IMG/VR virus record: IMGVR_UViG_3300031414_000009 | Coordinates: 32,001 to 96,000 of that record | Length of the DNA stretch: 64,000 nt | Strand: one strand, 5' to 3' | DNA from: a virus | Shown: positions 29,649 to 39,308 of the stretch, one piece after another | Layout: each line of letters starts with the position of its first letter | Numbering within the stretch: the first letter of the stretch is position 1 | Position numbers and translations under genes: made by a program | Notes under the pieces: generated by a model | Database searches by the model: none | Told to the model about the DNA's origin: nothing | What the model saw: the letters and a program-made list of their open reading frames with translations, nothing else

Positions 29649-30350
29649 TCAAGAACCTTCTTGAATCTTCAAAAGCGTTAAGGGCTGGTCTTTCTTATAT
29701 GCCCCCGTCGCAATGTACATGTGGTTATGGTAGAACTCGACTTCATCGGTGTGGTTGTGCCCGTGTACAAATAGGTCTGCACCGGTTGTGGCCTTACCAC
29801 CACCTTTCTTTCGAGCCAGGTAATAATCACGATCCCACGTACAGGCAAAGGTATCGACCTTCTTGCCATATTCGTAATGATCGTGTGGGTAGGTGGCGTG
29901 TACGACCACCACCTTTTGGTCCTTGCAGTTGACCTCAATGATAAACGGGAAATCTGCCGTCTTCATTAATTTGCCAACTACGTGGTCACGTACTTCACCG
30001 ACGTCAAGATCTAAGATCCACGTACCGCCGTTATACAGCCAGAGACCTACAGCGTTCTCTTCTAGCTGTTCAATAGCGGACGTAGCCAGATCTTCGTGAT
30101 TACCGCGCGTCATGACAAACCAAGGCTCGTCGATCAGCGCGATCATTCTCACGGAGTCAGGGCCACGATCAATAATGTCACCTACAGAAATAAGAAGGTC
30201 TTGTTCGCGATCGAACTCGACGTCATCCAATTGCTGCATCAGCTTTTCGTATTGACCGTGGACATCACCCACGACGATGATGTTTCGGTACTTTGACCCG
30301 TCGATCCTTTTATAGACCTCTTCGGGTTGTTTGACTACCAGTCGAGTCAT
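29649..30350 (-). CDS. Ser/Thr protein phosphatase (lambda NinI/PphA family)
   Basis: GDVHG, VGDIIDRG, RGNHE, NGG, VHA, HGH. Confidence 0.93.
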   Translation of the reverse strand: MTRLVVKQPEEVYKRIDGSKYRNIIVVGDVHGQYEKLMQQLDDVEFDREQDLLISVGDIIDRGPDSVRMIALIDEPWFVMTRGNHEDLATSAIEQLEENAVGLWLYNGGTWILDLDVGEVRDHVVGKLMKTADFPFIIEVNCKDQKVVVVHATYPHDHYEYGKKVDTFACTWDRDYYLARKKGGGKATTGADLFVHGHNHTDEVEFYHNHMYIATGAYKKDQPLTLLKIQEGS

Positions 30351-31087
30351 TAATGCACCTGTAAGTGTGCGCTCCCTGGAAGGTCGTCGGTAGGTTTACC
30401 TTCGAACCAGAATCGACCAGCCAAACTCAAGCCACTTACCTTAACGTCAGCCGTAGCTACGTCGATAAGTAACTTAGTGAGTGAAGGCAATACGAGTTCA
30501 TTACCAGGCAACATGGCTGGGGTGAAGCCGAGGAACGTCTTGTACTGGTTATAGGTGTCCACAACAATCTGGATACCTGGTTCAAGATTCGTCATTCCAC
30601 GGTGATAGAGACACGGCCAATCGCTATCATCGAACACAGCCACGTTCATGATACCGTATGATTCAACCATGCCAGTGATTACGTCTTGTGCGCTGGTATG
30701 CAGAGCAAAACGTTTCCAGAATTCCAACAACTCGCCGTGCGCGCCAACCATTGCCTGTTCGTCAGTGGTCAGCTCACGGTCTTCATTGGCAGTGACGATC
30801 GCAATGAAGTCGTCTTTGCTCTCCGGGAAATAGTCCGGGTTGGCCAAGATATTTTCTACCTGCTGTAGAATAGGCGAGAGCAACGTGTACGTCAGCGTAC
30901 GACGACGTGCAAAAGATGTTGCGGCCTGGATATTCTCTGTTGAGGTGCTGATACCCAGACGGTCAGCGATATTCAGTGCCTCCTGAATCTGCACCGCGTC
31001 ACCCAATTCAGCTTCACCCAGAATAATCTGGCAGAGATTGGCAACGACCAGGTCTTCGTAATTAAAACCAATGGTTAACTTATCCAT
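30350..31087 (-). CDS. hypothetical protein
   Basis: 245 aa, TAATG-coupled. Confidence 0.75.
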   Translation of the reverse strand: MDKLTIGFNYEDLVVANLCQIILGEAELGDAVQIQEALNIADRLGISTSTENIQAATSFARRRTLTYTLLSPILQQVENILANPDYFPESKDDFIAIVTANEDRELTTDEQAMVGAHGELLEFWKRFALHTSAQDVITGMVESYGIMNVAVFDDSDWPCLYHRGMTNLEPGIQIVVDTYNQYKTFLGFTPAMLPGNELVLPSLTKLLIDVATADVKVSGLSLAGRFWFEGKPTDDLPGSAHLQVH

Positions 31088-31353
31088 TATGCTTCCTTAT
31101 TGATTACAGTGATAAAATCGCCATCCGGTAAAGTGAAGGGCTTCAGGGTTTCGCTGTCGAAGTACTTTGGCTCGACGCCAGACATGGATGGTTCACCGTG
31201 CCCTCCACCGCCAGAGATACCAGACGGTGTCACCAACAGCACTCGATCGCAATGCTTCGCTCTGAAGGGCATCTCCACAGCCACTGCGTTACCCTCAGGG
31301 TCAACCCAATTACCTAACGGCCAATAGAAGAACTGCCATTTAACGTCCATCAT
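31087..31353 (-). CDS. hypothetical protein
   Basis: 88 aa, coupled on both sides. Confidence 0.65.
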   Translation of the reverse strand: MMDVKWQFFYWPLGNWVDPEGNAVAVEMPFRAKHCDRVLLVTPSGISGGGGHGEPSMSGVEPKYFDSETLKPFTLPDGDFITVINKEA

Positions 31354-31943
31354 TCAGGCTCGCTATTCAAATGGTTTGCAATAGCGATGAACTTTTTGGC
31401 CTCCGCCTCGCTGGTACCAATAAACCGAGTACTGCAATCCTCAGTAAACCAGATCTGCTCCACCGTTTCTTCTTCCGGTAGAGCCATTACGTACCATCCG
31501 ACTTGTTTAGCGCTAGTCAGAGTATGGCGGGTTCTGGTATCGATATTAGCTTTAAACGCCGGAATGATGCGCAGTGTGCAGGGAGTGTCGTGCCCAAAGC
31601 CGTCCATAACGATTTTATCTAACGTGCCATGGTAACGAATACGTAGACTTAGCAACGCCGCAGTCAATTCATACGCTTGCACCGCAACGATCGCCGACAT
31701 CGGGGTGTTACAGTACATCTCAGTCCAGTTTACCAGCAGGGGACCTTGACTTACATTAAAACCAACAAAGGCGGAGCGAGACTTTGCCATCGCGAGATAA
31801 AACTCACGATAGTGCTCTAAGCTCCCAACCGGAATTTCCTTGACGGATTCGATGATGGCGGCGGCAAGCGCACCATCCTGAATAAATTCGCCATTGATAC
31901 TAAATGCGGGACAGATATTTTCCCGAGTCATTGGTCTAATCAA
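31350..31943 (-). CDS. hypothetical protein
   Basis: About 195 aa, coupled; start uncertain. Confidence 0.7.
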   Translation of the reverse strand: MIRPMTRENICPAFSINGEFIQDGALAAAIIESVKEIPVGSLEHYREFYLAMAKSRSAFVGFNVSQGPLLVNWTEMYCNTPMSAIVAVQAYELTAALLSLRIRYHGTLDKIVMDGFGHDTPCTLRIIPAFKANIDTRTRHTLTSAKQVGWYVMALPEEETVEQIWFTEDCSTRFIGTSEAEAKKFIAIANHLNSEPE

Positions 31944-32476
31944 AGTGCCTCCCGTTCTTTCAGGTATTCGGTGATACGTTTAGCAATGCTCAGTTGAAGT
32001 ACCCGTAATGCTTCACGCTTTTTGTCTGCACTGACTTTCGAATTAGACATTACCTGTTGCATCACTAAGAAAGGTGCGCCGGGTATGCCACTGGTTGCTA
32101 CGCTAACGTAATGCGGGTTCGAGAAACGTTCCGGATGTACAAGCTTTTCAATTTCATCTGCTGTACCGGATGCAGATAATTCATTGTTTTTGTAAAAATC
32201 TACCGCACGCGATAACACCCGACGCGGTTCGTACGATGCCAGATCAACACCACCGCCGTATTGCGTAAAACCGCACGTCTCGATGACATGGAGTTCTTTA
32301 TTAAGATTCTGTGCGTATTCAACCACACGGTCGATGCTTTTGCGGCGTTCGCGTTTGATGTACCACGCAGTTTGTTTGATAAGGCGACGAAGCTCACCCA
32401 GGCACATAACAAAAACAAAGAGTGCGTTAAACGCAATCAGTAAAACGGTGAGTTTAAGCAGTGTAAATAAGTCCAT
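31940..32476 (-). CDS. membrane-anchored hypothetical protein
   Basis: N-terminal TM, AAGGA SD. Confidence 0.7.
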   Translation of the reverse strand: MDLFTLLKLTVLLIAFNALFVFVMCLGELRRLIKQTAWYIKRERRKSIDRVVEYAQNLNKELHVIETCGFTQYGGGVDLASYEPRRVLSRAVDFYKNNELSASGTADEIEKLVHPERFSNPHYVSVATSGIPGAPFLVMQQVMSNSKVSADKKREALRVLQLSIAKRITEYLKEREAL

Positions 32477-32489
32477 TGGAAGTCCTTAA

Positions 32490-32537
32490 CAAAAAAGATA
32501 AATAGAAAAGAGGAGACCGAAATGGTCTCCTCTCTAT
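32490..32537 (-). terminator. hairpin terminator, near-duplicate of 14284-14332
   Basis: AGAGGAGACC/GGTCTCCTCT stem with the same flanks. Confidence 0.8.
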
Positions 32538-32541
32538 GACG

Positions 32542-32976
32542 TCAATCGAAATAGCCGACCCAGATGTTTCTGCTAGCAAACCCGCTCTTGAAGTCTGCCG
32601 TCTTATGCTCAGAATCGACCATGTATCGCAATAGCTTTTCATCTAATGCGAATGCTCTATTCTTGAACTCTTCAGACACATTCATATCGCGAGTCGCAAC
32701 CCAGATACCGTAGTGAACCGGCCAGTATCCGTGATTAGCGATAATATCATCCGGGCTAAGCTCTAACCACTCGGTGTGAGTATTACCACAGAACTTACGA
32801 AACTCTTCAAGAGTCTCATAGGACTTGCCACCCCGCATGCAGCCCGGGAATTCACCAGCAGCAAAGTATCCGTTTTTATACAGTACATACCCACCGCACT
32901 GCACAAAGCCAGAGTTCGTGCTGATAATCTCAAATGCACGCTCTATGGAAACTGGCGTACCAGCGCTAATTTGCAT
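32542..32976 (-). CDS. hypothetical protein
   Basis: 144 aa, overlaps upstream stop. Confidence 0.7.
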   Translation of the reverse strand: MQISAGTPVSIERAFEIISTNSGFVQCGGYVLYKNGYFAAGEFPGCMRGGKSYETLEEFRKFCGNTHTEWLELSPDDIIANHGYWPVHYGIWVATRDMNVSEEFKNRAFALDEKLLRYMVDSEHKTADFKSGFASRNIWVGYFD

Positions 32977-33562
32977 CGGTCATATCCAGGAATTCAATGC
33001 CCTGGAATACGCAACCAGAGCTAGACTGGACATCTGCGTTAGAATACATTACACGAACCCGAGTTTCAAAGCCGCGAACCATACGAACTTTGAATTCAAT
33101 TGGGTGGATGTACTGTTCTTTACGCACCGGGTTTCTGAACGCGGGTGGGAAGGATGGCGTACTGGTACTGCTCATGGATGGTCCGAAGTCGTAGCCAGCT
33201 GCTTCCGCATAGGTAGCACCAATGGTATTCACTTTACCACGGGCGTCACCAGCACACACCTTCGCGTATTTGCTGTCCGGAGAATTGTAGCCGTTGGCAG
33301 ACTGTGCGTGCTGGACTGGTTCTTCGGTCGCTTTCCGCTGAGCTTCGAGTTTCTTCTGTCGCTCTTGAGCTACCTTCAGTTGACGACTGGACTCTTCGGA
33401 AGCCAGGCGTGCGTTATTGGCGACAATCGCCGCATTGGACGCAGTTACTGCCGCCATCGATGCCGTTACCGCAGCTGACGTGACTACTGTCACAGCCTGC
33501 ACCGGCATTGCGTAGCCGCACAGCGCTACGATTGCAGCAATCAAAACAGTGAATCTTTTCAT
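32966..33562 (-). CDS. secreted/periplasmic protein
   Basis: Signal peptide MKRFTVLIAAIVALCGYAMPVQA, Ala-rich coiled coil, Cys pair. Confidence 0.75.
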   Translation of the reverse strand: MKRFTVLIAAIVALCGYAMPVQAVTVVTSAAVTASMAAVTASNAAIVANNARLASEESSRQLKVAQERQKKLEAQRKATEEPVQHAQSANGYNSPDSKYAKVCAGDARGKVNTIGATYAEAAGYDFGPSMSSTSTPSFPPAFRNPVRKEQYIHPIEFKVRMVRGFETRVRVMYSNADVQSSSGCVFQGIEFLDMTDAN

Positions 33563-33570
33563 TTATATCC

Positions 33571-34914
33571 TCACGCAACAAGTTGAATGCGAAGTGTACC
33601 TTCTTTGTAGAGAGCATCCACAAAGCCCTGTACGCTATCGCTATTGGTTTTAAAGGTTTTCTGCACCGTTGCACCGGGCAGCGGATTGAAGATGTCTGGT
33701 GCGTTGTATGCTTCGCCTGGGAACATCAGCTCGATATACCGACGCAGTTCGGCGTCTTCCAGATAACCGATGTAGACACGAGCATCAACACGCTCATCGC
33801 GAATCAATGCCTCATCTAATTTCTCAGGATGGTTGGTAGTCATGATGACAATAACATCATCAAGGCCGAGAACACCGTCCAGACCATTTAACATGTCAGA
33901 AAGATTACCGGTCAGATATTCGTCCACAGCGTCACGAGATTCCCCATTCGCTGGAGCTTCTGGCAGCTGCTCACCGTCCCGTTCTTTCTTGATCTTCTTG
34001 ACTACCCCAAACTCTGGGTCAGTCTCAGCGTTGTCACGACGCCGTGATACTGAGTAGGTGTCGATATCTTCCATCAACACAACACCACCCTTGGCGCTCT
34101 GGAACAGTGAGTTGTATGACAAACTGCCGTCTGGGCGTAGGATATGCACAGATCGATTTAGCATCGACGCAATAGCTGCCGCCAGTGAGCTTTTACCCGT
34201 ACCCGGTGGTCCGTACAGTAGTACCGTGAACTTATAGTTAAAGCCACGCTTGACATACCACTCACGATTGGTCTGGAATTTACGTAGGGGTTCGATAAGC
34301 TCTTTCTGAACCTTATCGCTCACAATGACTGTTTCGGGAGAACGTTTGTTCATCCGACTAATCCAGTTCCAATCAGACTTAGCACTTTCAAACACCGTAA
34401 CCTGATTATCGCTGTCGTCCTTTTCCATGAACGCATCCATGAGACGATAAAGTGGTTCCTTGCTTCGACCTAGCGTCGATATGCTAACACGGTACTTAGA
34501 CTGGTTAGACTGATTGGCTTGGTCTTCTGCGATGGTGAAGAAATAGAACCGACGCTGGTAGATGAAGAAGTGTGTTCCCACGCCTGGACCAACCGACCCT
34601 TTGCCTCCATTACCATCCAGTGTAATGACGCGACTCCAGTTGAACCAGGAGTTCTTAGCAAACCACGCTAAGAAGGCAATGTACTGACGACTGTTGTATT
34701 CGGACCAGTTTGTAGACGCAGTAGAGAAACTCAACTTAGTCATGCACTGTGTACGAACAAAATGCATCACCCGGTTGGGTAGTTTCCACAGGATGAAACC
34801 GATGCCTCCTGTGAATACCAGGGAGCTGGTCGTTACAATCGCTGCCTGTGCCGCTGGCCATGGTTTGGCATAGTCCAGCAGCAGCTGATAAACCGCAAGC
34901 AAATGTTCAATCAT
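33571..34914 (-). CDS. BCS1-like membrane-anchored AAA+ ATPase
   Basis: N-terminal TM, BCS1_N-like PGVGTHFFIY and ISTLGRSK, EWYVKRG, YGPPGTGKSS, LMEDID, LNGLDGV, MTTNHPEKLDEALIR..RVD. Confidence 0.88.
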   Translation of the reverse strand: MIEHLLAVYQLLLDYAKPWPAAQAAIVTTSSLVFTGGIGFILWKLPNRVMHFVRTQCMTKLSFSTASTNWSEYNSRQYIAFLAWFAKNSWFNWSRVITLDGNGGKGSVGPGVGTHFFIYQRRFYFFTIAEDQANQSNQSKYRVSISTLGRSKEPLYRLMDAFMEKDDSDNQVTVFESAKSDWNWISRMNKRSPETVIVSDKVQKELIEPLRKFQTNREWYVKRGFNYKFTVLLYGPPGTGKSSLAAAIASMLNRSVHILRPDGSLSYNSLFQSAKGGVVLMEDIDTYSVSRRRDNAETDPEFGVVKKIKKERDGEQLPEAPANGESRDAVDEYLTGNLSDMLNGLDGVLGLDDVIVIMTTNHPEKLDEALIRDERVDARVYIGYLEDAELRRYIELMFPGEAYNAPDIFNPLPGATVQKTFKTNSDSVQGFVDALYKEGTLRIQLVA

Positions 34915-35804
34915 ACTAAGTCCCTCTGGAACAGTACAAGTGCCAGCGCCGCTGTAAAGGTATCGCAGATAGTTTTACCTTTAACCGTCAACCCACCCAC
35001 GCGAATGTTAAAGTCACGCAGTTCAAATCCGATATCGATAGAAATCCCGCGATAGTCTGCTGCGCAATTCAACGCATCACAGTCGCAGAGGAAATCTGGC
35101 GTATCGAACGTATTGTAGTTGTAATCTGGCGATGGTACAATTATCTTAACATCACCAAGGTCTACTGGGTCACCAGCTACGGTAATTACCGTCATTTTGT
35201 TTTCTTCGTAGTTCTCCCGCACCACCGGCTGGCGAAGTTGGCGAGAGAAACCCGAGATGGTAGTCAGTGCCGTATGGACCAACGCCTCATCACCAGTTAC
35301 CACCACACCATTCACTTCACGTCCTGCGGGAAAGAACGGTTGGTTAGGAACTGACTCTGCCTTTACTAATAGGTCGCGGGTGTGTTGGATTAATTCGGCC
35401 ATAGCCTCACCCAGCGGTTTGTTCAATGCGGCTGCGATAGGCATGTCGTGCTTATCAACCACAACTGCATTGTACAGGTTGGTGCTACTGATACGACGCA
35501 ATACCAGAGACCCCTGTAGCTTTTCAACCATAGCCCAAAGGGTGCGATGGTCTTTCACATACTGAGGACATACGTCAGTATAGGAGTAATGCGAGAGTGC
35601 TGCACCCGGACCTTTCTCTACGATGGTCTGTAAGTTGCGCTGGTTAGACACCAACGTTGATTTTAATGCGCGCTCTACTAACGCTGCTGCGGCATTGTAG
35701 ACGTAGGGATTCAGGTCCATCTCCCCACCAGGTTGTTCTTTGAGTGAGAATCCATTGTCTAAACAGATCTCACGAATATCTGCTTTGGTTAAAATGCTTT
35801 TCAT
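34911..35804 (-). CDS. hypothetical multi-domain protein
   Basis: N-terminal NGFSLKEQPGGEMDLNPYVY phage motif; ATGA-coupled to the AAA gene. Confidence 0.75.
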   Translation of the reverse strand: MKSILTKADIREICLDNGFSLKEQPGGEMDLNPYVYNAAAALVERALKSTLVSNQRNLQTIVEKGPGAALSHYSYTDVCPQYVKDHRTLWAMVEKLQGSLVLRRISSTNLYNAVVVDKHDMPIAAALNKPLGEAMAELIQHTRDLLVKAESVPNQPFFPAGREVNGVVVTGDEALVHTALTTISGFSRQLRQPVVRENYEENKMTVITVAGDPVDLGDVKIIVPSPDYNYNTFDTPDFLCDCDALNCAADYRGISIDIGFELRDFNIRVGGLTVKGKTICDTFTAALALVLFQRDLV

Positions 35805-35856
35805 GGTTTCGAGTCCTTGTTAATAATATCAATAGATTACTGGTGTCTGTTTTTTG

Positions 35857-36678
35857 TTATTTGTCTACAGTATCTGCGTTTGAGGTGAACCACCAGTTTG
35901 GACGTGGGTCGTGGTTGGTCGGGGGCATGTTGTCACGAACCTGAGTAAACGGTCTCCCCATAGCAGCAGACTTACTGACATACTCGCTATCTGTTTTAGT
36001 GCGGTCTTTAACGTCCTCAGCCCGTCTCTGTCGATTGATCAACAGTTTGGTGTGGATAGTGTGGCCATACGTTTCCTTGTAAGCAGCGAGCGTCTGCTTA
36101 GCCATTTTACATGGTCTGCACTTCCCACACTGACTGTATTTATTCTCACCCTCACTGTTAGGCATTTCACACACCCAGATCATGTTCACCAACTCTGGAT
36201 CGATTGCATCGAGTATCTGATACTTCTCAAGATCAATCAGTGGCCAGTTAACTGGGATCGGGTCATGCCATCGTGTAAAGCGTTGGAGTTCACGCCAGGC
36301 ATTTTCTATATTGGGCAGCCAACGACAGAAACCACCGTCACTATAAACGTATCCCACTTGCAACTCGCTGTGTCGGTCATTGTCAATAACTGACAGTGCA
36401 GCAAACAACCACGCGGCCGGTTGTGAGTAGCGATTCCCCGGCGTTTGTGCAAAGCTGATGTGTGGGGCACGAAAATCTTTCTGCACTTTGTGTGGGCAGG
36501 TTTTATTTAAATAGGAGATGATTTTCTCACGAGCAACTAGCTCAGATGCGATCTTAGCGGGATGCTGTCCACCGTCGGCGTACATTACATCGCACGGTCC
36601 GATTTGGAGTTGCTTGTATACCAACGCAGTGGAGTCCAGTCCGCCAGAAAACAGAATCAGTGGAATTTTAGTGGTCAT
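35857..36678 (-). CDS. QueC-like PP-loop ATPase
   Basis: LFSGGLDST, VGY..D, PL...K, Zn site WVCEMP...CGKCRPC. Confidence 0.85.
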   Translation of the reverse strand: MTTKIPLILFSGGLDSTALVYKQLQIGPCDVMYADGGQHPAKIASELVAREKIISYLNKTCPHKVQKDFRAPHISFAQTPGNRYSQPAAWLFAALSVIDNDRHSELQVGYVYSDGGFCRWLPNIENAWRELQRFTRWHDPIPVNWPLIDLEKYQILDAIDPELVNMIWVCEMPNSEGENKYSQCGKCRPCKMAKQTLAAYKETYGHTIHTKLLINRQRRAEDVKDRTKTDSEYVSKSAAMGRPFTQVRDNMPPTNHDPRPNWWFTSNADTVDK

Positions 36679-36697
36679 TTCTTTTCCTTGTTAAAGA

Positions 36698-36724
36698 GCA
36701 TAAAACCAGGACCGAAGTCCTGGC
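36698..36724 (-). terminator. intrinsic terminator
   Basis: CCAGGAC-TTCG-GTCCTGG followed by TTTTATGC. Confidence 0.8.
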
Positions 36725-36729
36725 TTAGT

Positions 36730-37158
36730 TTATACGTAAATCCAATACTCAGGGACGTCAGCTTCATCGAGAGCAGCGTTGTACTGTTGTTCAGTAACGA
36801 CGCCAGCTTTCCAATTGGTGATGTCAACGGTTGGGCTGTTAAGTCCCATTAGGCAGGCGGCGTGATAACGACTTTCGGTATCGATGACCTGACCCACATT
36901 TAACCCACCATTTGCGAACAGTTTCGACATGGCTTTAAAGTGTGTCCGGAAGGTTTCCCGTGGTCCGTTAGGTCCGTCAAGTGGAAACTCAATAGTCTCC
37001 CGAACAGAACTCGGCCGGCGGCCTAAAACCGGAATCACCACCTCACGGTTAAATGCGTTCATTGCACGCACACTACTTTCCGTTAAGAACAAAACTGAAA
37101 GTACGCCAGACGACATTTCACTACGTACAGTTAACTGGATATCAATCACGTCATCCAT
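36730..37158 (-). CDS. hypothetical protein
   Basis: 142 aa, GAGGA SD. Confidence 0.7.
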   Translation of the reverse strand: MDDVIDIQLTVRSEMSSGVLSVLFLTESSVRAMNAFNREVVIPVLGRRPSSVRETIEFPLDGPNGPRETFRTHFKAMSKLFANGGLNVGQVIDTESRYHAACLMGLNSPTVDITNWKAGVVTEQQYNAALDEADVPEYWIYV

Positions 37159-37924
37159 TTTGTTTCCTCATATGCCGAACGAGTTCATCGACTTGCAGAC
37201 GAATGGCACCAGGCAGAACCGACTTAAACATCTTCTCGCCTGGCACCGTCTGGAACGTCCCCGATAAACTCATGCCGTAATCGATATTGCGTTTCAACCA
37301 CTCGCCGTAATCCGACACCCCGAACCGTGGACCTAACTCTTCGAACAGTCGATTTGACAGTTCCCGGTTAAGGAAGTACGTTGCGTAGATTTGGTCGGCG
37401 TCACGCAATAGCCCGGCAGGTAGATCGATCGTGTGCCCTTCTGGCAATGGCCAGATGGTATCGCCAATCAACCGAAGGGTCTCGGCGTGCCACTTGGGAT
37501 ATATGACATCCAGAGCACCACACTCATTGATCGAACTGATGGTGTTGGCGATGTTGAACGCATCGTCGTAACTAGCCGCGTGGTTGTAATCGTGCAGCAG
37601 AGCCGCATAGATCAGTGGTGGCCAAACTTCACCACCGCCAGCCTTAGCCAACATAAATGCAATCCACGCCACCCCGATTAAGTGGTGCGTAGAGTGATAG
37701 CTACCGCCCGGTCTGTTAGTGGCGATGACGAAATTGATGAGACCATCATATTCATCAAAGAACTCGGTAGACCAATACGAGGGCACACCTGTTGCAAGGT
37801 CACGCTCGGATGGATCTACGTCTTCGAGTTTAAATGGCACAGTGAAGGTCAAATCCATCGGCCGTGCTGTTATCACATCGGTACGCGGACCAATTAGTCG
37901 TATGTTAGCAGTATTATCCGACAT
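37151..37924 (-). CDS. HD-domain phosphohydrolase
   Basis: YHSTHH, ALLHDYNH, LRDAD. Confidence 0.85.
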   Translation of the reverse strand: MSDNTANIRLIGPRTDVITARPMDLTFTVPFKLEDVDPSERDLATGVPSYWSTEFFDEYDGLINFVIATNRPGGSYHSTHHLIGVAWIAFMLAKAGGGEVWPPLIYAALLHDYNHAASYDDAFNIANTISSINECGALDVIYPKWHAETLRLIGDTIWPLPEGHTIDLPAGLLRDADQIYATYFLNRELSNRLFEELGPRFGVSDYGEWLKRNIDYGMSLSGTFQTVPGEKMFKSVLPGAIRLQVDELVRHMRKQNG

Positions 37925-37956
37925 AGTTAAACGGGGAGCCTAAACTCCCCCTCCAG

Positions 37957-39276
37957 TTAGTTTGACGGCGGGTTATCGCAGTTAGCTTCCGGCACGGTAT
38001 CGTATTTGATATCGCGCTTAGGATGTGGGATGTTCAGTGTGTCACGCATACGCCACAGCCAATCAGTCTGATCGCCTGCAACCACCAGGACATGACCGGC
38101 ATCCTGCGTAACGTGATACACATTACTTTCGCTGGTGAGTACGTCATCCCAACGTAAACAAACCAATTCGGTTTTCTCCCAGTCCGACATATCGTCTTTG
38201 ACATGGTAAACCGGCAGTGCTTTAAAGCAACCACCACGCAAGTCACCGGCGTCACTGTAGAACTGACCTGCACGCACAACAACGCCAGCGGGGATCATGG
38301 CTATCGCACGCTTGACATGCTGGATTAAGTCATACGAGAGACTCACACCAACGATCTCAACTTCGTCCGGCTCGGGTGCGTCGCTGTCATACATACTTGC
38401 CCAGCGAAGGTCGCTCAACACACTCATGTGTCGTTCATACGGATGCGTTATTTCTGGGATCTCCAGCTCCGCATGCGCCCAAATATCCAGAGTGGCTTGT
38501 TCTACCAACTGCGCTAAGTGAGGGGTGATCTCCTCAGTCTCACGATACACTACCGGTTCAATGCGCTGACCCGATGCGGTAGCCAGCGCCATGTAGGTAA
38601 TCATCTGACGAGCCGGGTCGGTATCTACCGGCATGCGCAGACGCATTGTCTCATCCGTATAGTGAATACGCTGTGACTTTGCTTCGTGGTTGAACGGGAA
38701 CGAGATCTTACCACGGCGGGTGTGTCCAGACCATGCCTGAAAATCGTGCCACGGCGAAGGGAACTCAACGGCAAAGCGGTCCAGCCAGTAGGCTTCCTTA
38801 CTTACTGGGTCACGGAAGATAGTGCCGAACCGCTTGTTCTGGTCTGAGTTGCCAGGACCATGCGACATCCATTCGTCATCCGTACCCTGGAGTGGTGTAA
38901 ACGGACGGAACGTTACGGCAGCAATGAGGAACTGAATCAATTGCGCCATGGCCGGCAGGTTAAACTGAATCAGCTCGCGGTAGACCGGTTTTTCCACATC
39001 TATTGCATCAACCAACTCGGGATAATCGCTACCGATTTTGGAGTAGAGCTTTTCGATCTCCGGTGACTGGCCAAACTCAGCTCGCGCTTCCATAATACCC
39101 ATTGTGAGTTCAGCGACAGTATTAACGACATCGCGCAGGGCGTAAAGATTTCCTGCTGCGCCGCCCTCACGGGATGAGTATGCCAAACAGCGATGCGCTG
39201 CCGCAACTTGCTCTTCGGTCAACGTGGACTTCGGAAGGTAAGATAGTTCTTTATCAAAATGACTTTGGTATGACAT
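37957..39276 (-). CDS. hypothetical protein
   Basis: 439 aa; PFTPLQGTDDEW..QNKR motif seen in uncharacterised phage proteins. Confidence 0.75.
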   Translation of the reverse strand: MSYQSHFDKELSYLPKSTLTEEQVAAAHRCLAYSSREGGAAGNLYALRDVVNTVAELTMGIMEARAEFGQSPEIEKLYSKIGSDYPELVDAIDVEKPVYRELIQFNLPAMAQLIQFLIAAVTFRPFTPLQGTDDEWMSHGPGNSDQNKRFGTIFRDPVSKEAYWLDRFAVEFPSPWHDFQAWSGHTRRGKISFPFNHEAKSQRIHYTDETMRLRMPVDTDPARQMITYMALATASGQRIEPVVYRETEEITPHLAQLVEQATLDIWAHAELEIPEITHPYERHMSVLSDLRWASMYDSDAPEPDEVEIVGVSLSYDLIQHVKRAIAMIPAGVVVRAGQFYSDAGDLRGGCFKALPVYHVKDDMSDWEKTELVCLRWDDVLTSESNVYHVTQDAGHVLVVAGDQTDWLWRMRDTLNIPHPKRDIKYDTVPEANCDNPPSN

Positions 39277-39308
39277 ATCGCTTTCCTTATTTTAGCGGTA
39301 ATGTACTT

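Noticed and set aside
35857-37924. 7-deazaguanine DNA modification cluster
   Set aside because: Only a QueC-like gene is present; no folE, queD, queE or dpdA in the window
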